Shown one piece after another: positions 8,802 through 14,769 of a DNA stretch of 14,769 nt. The stretch spans positions 1 to 14,769 of the forward strand of contig JAYZAC010000112.1 of NCBI GenBank assembly GCA_036339875.1, written 5' to 3'. Within the stretch, counting starts at the first letter, position 1. Each line of letters begins with the position of its first letter. A program made the translations under genes and the position numbers. Under the pieces are notes generated by a model. It was given only the letters and a program-made list of their open reading frames with translations. It was not told the DNA's origin and did no database searches. The stretch comes from a bacterium. Its GTDB lineage: Bacteria; Muiribacteriota; UBA6191.

Positions 8802-9632
8802 TTATGCTCTTTTATATTTAATTAGTAAAACAATCATTCTCATTAAGAAAAGTATTTTTGAAATTAATCGATTCAGGAAAGTCGCTCTCGTTTTGCTTAA
8901 AAAAATTTTTAAGCCATGCCATCTCATGAGTGCTCCGGACCACTGAATTCCACCTCCACTACTTAATGACTCCCCATGAGTTACACAAACTCTAGAATTC
9001 ACTGCAAATGAATGCCCAGATTCACTTAAACGAATACTCCATTCTTGATCCTCGTAATACATAAAAAAATCTTGATCAAAATACACCGGATTATCGCGAA
9101 AAAGGTTCATATTACAAGAGAAGCAAGCTCCACAAATAAACCCTGTTCTGTAATAATCTTTCGAAAATGATTTTAGCTTTTTATGTCTCCAAGGCGATAT
9201 GGGCCAGTGAAACTCTTTCGGGAAATATTGAACTCCTGCGGCGATACGACCTTTTTTGAGTTCAAGAATAGGCTGCTGAATGGTGAGAGAACTATTCATT
9301 AACATTTTTACCCATAATTTCAAAGCTGGCATCGAAAGTTCAACATCATTAGTCAGTAATATCGCGTAATCAGCATTTTCCAATTGAGCTTGGTATAAAA
9401 GTTTATTCATTCCGGCCGCATAGCCAGGATTAGAAGAATTCCAGATATGTCCTATTTTTTCATCAAGCCAATCCAGTGGCTCTTGGTTATGATTAATTAC
9501 CCAAATATTTAATATATTAGGATCCAGATAATTTAATGTATCCAGTAATAAATCTTTCTCTCCAAAATGCACTATACCTACAAATACAGAGGTTTTATCA
9601 ATCGGATAATCGCGATTTACTAGCTTCTTCAT
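8802..9632 (-). CDS. Glycosyltransferase family 2 (GT-A fold; WbbL/rhamnosyltransferase-like)
   Basis: 'NPGYAAGMN', 'LLTNDV', 'GACF' and 'FDQDFFMYYEDQEWSIRL'. The ATG at 9632 is preferred over the TTG at 9668 used by the ORF track; the true start is uncertain. Confidence 0.88.
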   Translation of the reverse strand: MKKLVNRDYPIDKTSVFVGIVHFGEKDLLLDTLNYLDPNILNIWVINHNQEPLDWLDEKIGHIWNSSNPGYAAGMNKLLYQAQLENADYAILLTNDVELSMPALKLWVKMLMNSSLTIQQPILELKKGRIAAGVQYFPKEFHWPISPWRHKKLKSFSKDYYRTGFICGACFSCNMNLFRDNPVYFDQDFFMYYEDQEWSIRLSESGHSFAVNSRVCVTHGESLSSGGGIQWSGALMRWHGLKIFLSKTRATFLNRLISKILFLMRMIVLLIKYKRA

Positions 9633-9656
9633 ACGATAATTATCCCTTCCTATAGT
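9628..9656 (+). promoter_or_regulatory. Candidate sigma70 promoter for the small-ORF/HTH cassette
   Basis: TTCATA (9628-9633), a 17-nt spacer, then TATAGT (9651-9656). It overlaps the start region of the divergent GT2 gene. Confidence 0.4.
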
Positions 9657-9660
9657 TACA

Positions 9661-9680
9661 AATATCAAACGAATATCAAA
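9661..9680. repeat. Tandem direct repeat AATATCAAA x2 with 11-bp period
   Basis: aatatcaaa occurs at 9661-9669 and 9672-9680 in the divergent intergenic region. Confidence 0.6.
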
Positions 9681-9744
9681 GTTTTTGTTAATAATCTTTC
9701 CCAGTGTCCCGATTACCTTTTTGAACTAGAACTGGGAGCTGAGG

Positions 9745-9894
9745 ATGAAAGTAAAAATTAAAATCCAAAGAACCCCTAAATTAACCAGAGAGGGTAACAA
9801 GATTAGGGTGCGAAAGAATAAGTCTGAGCATTTATCTGATACCCACAAGGTGACGAAACTGACAGAGTTCATGCAAAGTGACATTTACAACTAA
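9745..9894 (+). CDS. Unannotated 49-aa basic small protein
   Basis: ATG 9745 to TAA 9894 gives MKVKIKIQRTPKLTREGNKIRVRKNKSEHLSDTHKVTKLTEFMQSDIYN. GGGAG lies about 6 nt upstream, and the ORF ends just before the GGAGG RBS of the HTH gene. No recognised homology. Confidence 0.45.
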   Translation: MKVKIKIQRTPKLTREGNKIRVRKNKSEHLSDTHKVTKLTEFMQSDIYN

Positions 9895-9912
9895 GTCTTA
9901 TGGAGGAAGTGC

Positions 9913-10125
9913 ATGGCAACATCTATCCGATTGCTAACAACTAAGGAATTGATGGACAAACTAAAAGTCAAGCGTAATACAATTTATCAGTTACGTAAGG
10001 AAGCTAATTTACCAACCATCAAGTTGGGAAGAACGATCCGTTTTGACGAAAATGAAATCGATAAGTGGCTCAAAGATCGACAAACTATGGGTGGCGACTT
10101 CGACGAACTATTGGAAGTAGGTTAG
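9913..10125 (+). CDS. Small winged helix-turn-helix DNA-binding protein (HTH_17 / excisionase / AlpA / BldC-like)
   Basis: 'LLTTKELMDKLKVKRNTIYQLRKEANLPTIKLGRTIRFDENEIDKWL' fits the excisionase-family pattern. Strong GGAGG RBS at 9902-9906. Confidence 0.9.
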   Translation: MATSIRLLTTKELMDKLKVKRNTIYQLRKEANLPTIKLGRTIRFDENEIDKWLKDRQTMGGDFDELLEVG

Positions 10126-10130
10126 GCCAG

Positions 10131-10292
10131 ATGTCTGAGACACTGTACTTCTGGCTACCTCTAACGGGTAGTCTAATAATGGCGATAGCGTTTGCGAGTA
10201 TTCTTCAGGAAGCAATCCGTAGTCGTCAAGAAAATCAGTTTTTTCGCTCACATCCTAATTGTCGCTTACCCCAGTCAAAATCAGTTCAATAA
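10131..10292 (+). CDS. 53-aa small protein with a single N-terminal hydrophobic helix
   Basis: The ATG at 10131 lies 5 nt after the HTH stop and gives MSETLYFWLPLTGSLIMAIAFASILQEAIRSRQENQFFRSHPNCRLPQSKSVQ. Its stop falls at the base of a strong hairpin. Confidence 0.5.
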   Translation: MSETLYFWLPLTGSLIMAIAFASILQEAIRSRQENQFFRSHPNCRLPQSKSVQ

Positions 10293-10329
10293 ATCCTGTC
10301 CAGTAGAACTTTTGTTGGACAGGATTTAT
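10289..10329 (+). terminator. 14-bp perfect inverted repeat; probable terminator or 3' stabilising stem-loop
   Basis: ATAAATCCTGTCCA (10289-10302) pairs with TGGACAGGATTTAT (10316-10329). The inner 13 nt can pair further through G-U wobbles on the + strand. There is no clean U-tract. Confidence 0.65.
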
Positions 10330-10359
10330 CTCATTATTTGAACAGAATGACTCTTCCCT

Positions 10360-10388
10360 TTGCAAGACATAATAAAACGTGACATAAT
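10360..10388 (+). promoter_or_regulatory. Sigma70-type promoter of ugd
   Basis: TTGCAA (10360-10365), a 17-nt spacer, then CATAAT (10383-10388), with an extended TG at 10380-10381. It ends 40 nt before the ATG, and an AAAAGGA RBS follows. Confidence 0.7.
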
Positions 10389-10428
10389 CCGCCTCTTTCG
10401 GAGTTAGTTTTGTTAAAAGGAATTCTTC

Positions 10429-11811
10429 ATGAGTCATTTTGAAAAAGATATCTTATGTATTGGTGCAGGTTACGTAGGCGGACCTACAATGGCCGTAATG
10501 GCTTACAAGTGCACCAACTATCGATTCACTGTTGTAGATATTAATCCTAAACGTATAGAACAGTGGAACTCAGACAAATTACCTATTTATGAGCCAGGTT
10601 TACATCAAATTGTAGAGGCGGCTCGTGGAAGAAATCTTTTCTTCTCGACGGATGTGGAAAAAGGAATTCGTGAAGCTGATATCATTTTTGTTTCAGTTAA
10701 TACTCCTACAAAAACCTTCGGTGAAGGAGCAGGTGTAGCTGCTGATCTTCAATATTGGGAAAAAACTGCTCGTCAAATCGCCGAGATCAGCACTTCCGAC
10801 AAAGTAGTAGTAGAAAAAAGCACCTTACCAGTCAGAACAGCTGAAGCTATGTCCAGAATTCTTAAATCTAATTCTAGTGGCTTAAATTTTGAAGTAGTTT
10901 CCAATCCTGAGTTTTTAGCTGAGGGAACTGCTATTGAGGATTTGTTCAATCCAGACCGAGTTTTGATCGGTGCAGATTCTACGGATGCAGGACAAAAAGC
11001 GGGTAATGCAATTGTTGATATATATGAACAATGGGTACCAAAGGATCGTATTCTAACTACAAATGTGTGGAGTAGTGAACTCTCTAAACTAGTGGCTAAT
11101 GCTTTTCTTGCACAAAGAGTTAGCTCAATAAACGCCATCAGTGCACTTTGTGAGGCTACTGGCGCCAATGTTTCTGAAGTGGCACACGCAATTGGAACAG
11201 ATAGTCGTATTGGTCCTAAATTTCTCAAAGCTTCTGTTGGTTTCGGTGGCTCTTGCTTTAAGAAAGATATCTTAAATTTAGTTTACATAGCAGAATCGTA
11301 TGGTTTGAGTGAAGTAGCAGATTATTGGCGTCAAGTAATTGATCTGAATGATTATCAACAAACTCGCTTCGTTAAAACAATGTTGCACAATATGTTCAAT
11401 ACTTTAGCATCCAAGAAAATTGCTATTTTGGGCTTCGCTTTCAAAGCAAATACCGGAGATACGAGAGAATCGCCAGCAATTTATGTAACTCGAAAACTAT
11501 TGGAAGAACAAGCCCAAATCGTCATCTCTGATCCAAAAGCAATAGAAAACGCTAAAGTCGATTTGAGTGACGTATCTGATAGAGTAAGTTTTGAAATAAA
11601 TCCGATTGAAGCCTGCAAAGGTGCTCATGCCATAGCTATATTAACCGAATGGGAAGAATACCGTAACCTTGATTTTGAACTGGTTTACAAACAAATGCAC
11701 AAACCTGCTTTTATTTTTGATGGTAGAAACATACTAGACCATCAAAAACTGCAATCAATCGGATTCAATGTTTTTCCAATTGGCAAAGAAGCACTACTTT
11801 CTAGTTCGTAG
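10429..11811 (+). CDS. ugd: UDP-glucose 6-dehydrogenase
   Basis: Rossmann GAGYVG, 'VNTPTK', 'EKST', '[11 protein letters not shown]', '[15 protein letters not shown]', catalytic '[10 protein letters not shown]', '[14 protein letters not shown]' and 'FDGRN'. Confidence 0.97.
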   Translation: MSHFEKDILCIGAGYVGGPTMAVMAYKCTNYRFTVVDINPKRIEQWNSDKLPIYEPGLHQIVEAARGRNLFFSTDVEKGIREADIIFVSVNTPTKTFGEGAGVAADLQYWEKTARQIAEISTSDKVVVEKSTLPVRTAEAMSRILKSNSSGLNFEVVSNPEFLAEGTAIEDLFNPDRVLIGADSTDAGQKAGNAIVDIYEQWVPKDRILTTNVWSSELSKLVANAFLAQRVSSINAISALCEATGANVSEVAHAIGTDSRIGPKFLKASVGFGGSCFKKDILNLVYIAESYGLSEVADYWRQVIDLNDYQQTRFVKTMLHNMFNTLASKKIAILGFAFKANTGDTRESPAIYVTRKLLEEQAQIVISDPKAIENAKVDLSDVSDRVSFEINPIEACKGAHAIAILTEWEEYRNLDFELVYKQMHKPAFIFDGRNILDHQKLQSIGFNVFPIGKEALLSSS

Positions 11812-11847
11812 AAAAACAAAAAAACCACACATAGCGTGTGGTCTTCT
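11812..11847 (-). terminator. Rho-independent terminator between convergent genes (strong on -, possibly bidirectional)
   Basis: Stem ACCACAC (11824-11830), loop ATAGC, stem GTGTGGT (11836-11842). The A-run on the left gives a U-tract on the minus strand. The plus-strand tail is weak (cttct). Confidence 0.8.
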
Positions 11848-11863
11848 GTAGCTGTGGTTATTT

Positions 11864-14173
11864 TCACAGATAACCGTGAACTATTTCATCAAGGTAAAGC
11901 ATACTTTCGATAGGCTTGATATCATTTTCCCTAACACTTCCTATCGCTAAATCCGTTATAGTTCGTAACTGTCCGTATTCTCTAATCATATCCATGTGTT
12001 GCGATTCATCGGATTTCTCACCAAGTACATATCCGACGCCAGCAGCCCCACCAGCCGTAGCTAGTGCAACCCAACCAACTGGATTCCAGAAATTGGTCGC
12101 TGCCAAGGTCACAAGAGTACCAACACCTAATCCCAATCCCGTCGCCCCGCCAATTGCTCTGAACTTCCATTTCTTGGATAACTTATCATCAATTCTATCC
12201 CAAAATTCGCGTGCTTCTTTGACGGACTCGGCGAAACGGTCCTGTGCTCTAAAGTCAGCACTCATAGTGGCAAGCAATGCAATGTAATTTTCCCATTGAC
12301 TCCGTAAACCCTCCGCTTGTGATAGCATCTCACTGTGCCGACTATTTAACTTACGAAATTGAGGCTTTGCACCTTCACCAACATCATAAAAATCCATCTT
12401 ATCAATATCGACACCTAAGCGAGTCAAAGCTTCGCTTCGGGATAGGTTTCTGAACTGACCGTCTTGGTTAGAAATGTAGGATGGCTGTATCATCTCTACA
12501 ACGATATTCATTCCAATCAAACCTATCATACGCTTTCTTAACAATGAGAAATTCACACTACTATATAAATCTACGCTATTTTTATGAGCCGTTGCATAGA
12601 CAACTTTTAGACGATTAAAAAGTTGACTTGCAGCGCTACCCTCTATCTGCATGCTTGCGATTTTGTGTAAATTTCTGGTTGCTTCTTTCTTACGCGGTTC
12701 CCATACCGAATGATAAACCCCTGAGAACCCACGATTGTCTCGATCATGAGCATCCCAGCCCTGCTCAACTTCTCTAGCAGCGCGTTTAATTAAATTCAAA
12801 ATTTGAGAATTCATTGCTCTTATTTCACGACGCAGATCTACCGATGCTAAACTTCTTGATTTCGTTCCAATCTCATCATCATTATCGATTGTATACCTGT
12901 CTTCTCTCAAGAATGTAGATGGGTTGTTGTCACTGAATTGTTGTACGGCAGGATAAGCTGCCTCGATTGCACTGCGAAATTTTTTGGCTTGTGTTTTGGT
13001 GCGTGAGTCTGTTGATCCATAATCCCTTACATATCTCTTCAGACGCGTATACTCTTCTGCAGCTCGTTTAACCTTGGCGCGAGTATCTGCCGGCAGCGCA
13101 CTGAGTTGCATACTTGCATTAGAGACAGTGGCCACCTTATCCCTGAAAACTCCTTTGAACTCAATTTTGACTCGATCCTCACTGGAAACCATTATGTTCC
13201 TAGACTGATCCGATCTTGCCTCCTCTGACGCATCATGAAAATGAGTCAGGGCTGTTTTGAATTCCCCTGAGTTCTCTCCGTGCATTTTTAATGCTACCAA
13301 GACGTTAACAAATTTTTTCTTAGATTCGACACTCTCATCTGCAATTACTGCATATTTAATAAGATCGCGTTTCAACTCAGCGTCTTTGACTGAGCTCAAC
13401 ACTTCCATAGTACTATCTACCAATGATTTTTGGTTGATTCCCATCATAGTAAGCATGGCAACTTTGTATGGTATAAATATGTGATCTCCCGCCATTAAAT
13501 TACGAGGATTAATAGCCGTATTACCCATATTTTGAGCCAATAATTCTACGTAAATATCACTATTAAATTCACCGTAGATTGAATTTGAAATCTTCTCAGC
13601 GACTTCCTTCATATTCTTTTCTGTTTTAACTTTAAATACCGTCTTTTTTGTTTCACCAGAATCCCGCTTACCCCAATTTGGATTGTGAAGACCTGAACTC
13701 TCTTCTCCGGTTGTCCAATCCGAATCACCATTTTCGTAAGCATCACCGCGAGCACCACGGTTGGCGGGAGAATTGTAAGACAAATCTTGAGTCATTCGTA
13801 TCTGCTGTTCGGTGTAGGAGGCAACAACAGCTTTGTATTCTCTCCGCTTTCTAAATAATCTACGACGCTCTAATAATAAAATATTACGAGCTTCAGAAGA
13901 TCTATATTTAGAGAGGTCTTTATCGATTTTATGAATTTCATCATCAAGTTTTGAAATCTGAGCCAGGACATTGCCTTGCGTTTCAGCGATTCGACCCTTC
14001 TCCTCAAGAACCTTTCGATCATACTGCTGATCCTTAGGGGCTAATTGATAATAATCAGACTCAACTACTAGATCATCAACGTAAGCGTAAGTTGCACCTG
14101 AACTAAAAACTACGAGTGACGCTACGGCCACAGACAAATTTGATAATGTTCTTCGAAAAATTCCTGCACGCAT
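11864..14173 (-). CDS. Secreted hypothetical protein: signal peptide, coiled coil, LysM-like segment, helical core, C-terminal Gly-rich hydrophobic hairpin
   Basis: 769-aa ORF with a GGAGG RBS at 14178-14182. Sec-type N-terminus (RR, hydrophobic stretch, ATYA). 'FKVKTEKNMKEVA...INPRNLMAGDHIFIP' is LysM-like. The C-terminal region reads 'IGGATGLGLGVGTLVTLAATNFWNPVGWVALATAGGAAGVGYVLG'. The CDS itself is secure; the function is not. Confidence 0.8.
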   Translation of the reverse strand: MRAGIFRRTLSNLSVAVASLVVFSSGATYAYVDDLVVESDYYQLAPKDQQYDRKVLEEKGRIAETQGNVLAQISKLDDEIHKIDKDLSKYRSSEARNILLLERRRLFRKRREYKAVVASYTEQQIRMTQDLSYNSPANRGARGDAYENGDSDWTTGEESSGLHNPNWGKRDSGETKKTVFKVKTEKNMKEVAEKISNSIYGEFNSDIYVELLAQNMGNTAINPRNLMAGDHIFIPYKVAMLTMMGINQKSLVDSTMEVLSSVKDAELKRDLIKYAVIADESVESKKKFVNVLVALKMHGENSGEFKTALTHFHDASEEARSDQSRNIMVSSEDRVKIEFKGVFRDKVATVSNASMQLSALPADTRAKVKRAAEEYTRLKRYVRDYGSTDSRTKTQAKKFRSAIEAAYPAVQQFSDNNPSTFLREDRYTIDNDDEIGTKSRSLASVDLRREIRAMNSQILNLIKRAAREVEQGWDAHDRDNRGFSGVYHSVWEPRKKEATRNLHKIASMQIEGSAASQLFNRLKVVYATAHKNSVDLYSSVNFSLLRKRMIGLIGMNIVVEMIQPSYISNQDGQFRNLSRSEALTRLGVDIDKMDFYDVGEGAKPQFRKLNSRHSEMLSQAEGLRSQWENYIALLATMSADFRAQDRFAESVKEAREFWDRIDDKLSKKWKFRAIGGATGLGLGVGTLVTLAATNFWNPVGWVALATAGGAAGVGYVLGEKSDESQHMDMIREYGQLRTITDLAIGSVRENDIKPIESMLYLDEIVHGYL

Positions 14174-14272
14174 AATGCCTCCAGTCTACCGGTGTTTCCG
14201 GTGACGTCATGAGATACTACGACACTCGCTGAGGAAAAGTTGCAATCAAAATTACTTCATCACTGAAAAATC

Positions 14273-14716
14273 TTAAGAACCATTATCAGGATTATTGAAT
14301 TTACGCGAAACTTTTACCAGTTTAGATAAAATGCTTAATTCACGACCTAGCGATTTATCATCAATAATGCCTTTTTCTTCTTCAAAATAGTTTTGAAAAT
14401 AAAGAAAAAATGAACCATAGAGAGAGTTTACACTCAAGTCATAATGACTCATATACAGATTTGAATTATCTTCAAAAGTAATAATTCCATTCTCAACAGA
14501 GCATTTATCTTTTCCTCTAGAAAATGTTGGCAAGCTTCGGCTATCAGCGATCCAATGTTTCAAAAGATTTCCATATCGACTTAACAGAATCCCTTTACGA
14601 ATACTCTTATTAGCGTAAAAAGTTGTAGTAGATTCTGATAAATCTACTATTTGTACATCACCTTTTTTATTTCCCTGACGATCTTCATAGCTCACCTTAA
14701 TTTTGAGATTAGCCAT
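14273..14716 (-). CDS. Hypothetical protein
   Basis: Open frame with a likely ATG at 14716 preceded by GAGG (14721-14724). The frame stays open to the window edge, so it may be the 3' end of a longer gene. No motif recognised. Confidence 0.6.
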   Translation of the reverse strand: MANLKIKVSYEDRQGNKKGDVQIVDLSESTTTFYANKSIRKGILLSRYGNLLKHWIADSRSLPTFSRGKDKCSVENGIITFEDNSNLYMSHYDLSVNSLYGSFFLYFQNYFEEEKGIIDDKSLGRELSILSKLVKVSRKFNNPDNGS

Positions 14717-14769
14717 ATTGCCTCGTCGCTTCAATTTAAGTAACACCATTCCACCCTTCGTTTTGCCAT

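Noticed and set aside
9836..9860. Hammerhead-like words CTGAT...GAAAC
   Set aside because: The core reads CUGAUAC rather than CUGANGA, and stems I and III could not be built.
9913..10125. Prophage or ICE suggested by the excisionase-like gene
   Set aside because: No integrase, att repeats, tRNA or phage genes appear in the window.
10065..10130. GTG-start N-terminal extension of the small TM ORF
   Set aside because: It overlaps the HTH gene by about 60 nt. The ATG at 10131, right after the HTH stop, is simpler.
10255..10437. 60-aa - strand ORF
   Set aside because: It spans the ugd start, promoter and hairpin, which already explain the sequence. No SD or motif is evident.
10773..11228. 151-aa - strand ORF
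   Set aside because: Antisense shadow of ugd.
11916..13854. Three + strand ORFs (11916-12287, 13257-13484, 13648-13854)
   Set aside because: Antisense shadows of the 769-aa gene.
14214..14245. TTGCAA...TAGTAT promoter for the 769-aa gene
   Set aside because: The spacer is 20 nt, too long for a confident sigma70 call.

Overview
AT-rich bacterial chromosomal window with no recognisable rRNA, tRNA, CRISPR array, transposase or integrase. From left to right: (1) a partial HAD-IIA (NagD-like) phosphatase missed by the ORF track, divergent from a stand-alone mannose-6-phosphate isomerase-type cupin. (2) A tightly coupled five-gene minus-strand operon with its own extended -10 promoter, encoding a membrane protein, a DUF58 protein, a BatA/VWA protein, a double-VWA/GATase-like membrane protein and a permuted papain-like (NlpC/P60-type) enzyme. 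It resembles MoxR-associated operons but has no MoxR ATPase. (3) A GT2-GT4 glycosyltransferase pair. (4) A compact plus-strand cassette of three small ORFs (an unannotated 49-aa basic peptide, a 70-aa Xis/BldC-like winged HTH and a 53-aa single-TM peptide), with direct repeats and an RBS-occluding hairpin upstream and a 14-bp inverted repeat downstream. (5) UDP-glucose 6-dehydrogenase with a clear sigma70 promoter. (6) A convergent 769-aa secreted protein with a LysM-like segment and a C-terminal Gly-rich hydrophobic hairpin, a candidate pore-forming or surface effector, followed by an unknown ORF. All family calls come from motif recognition by eye; no searches were run.
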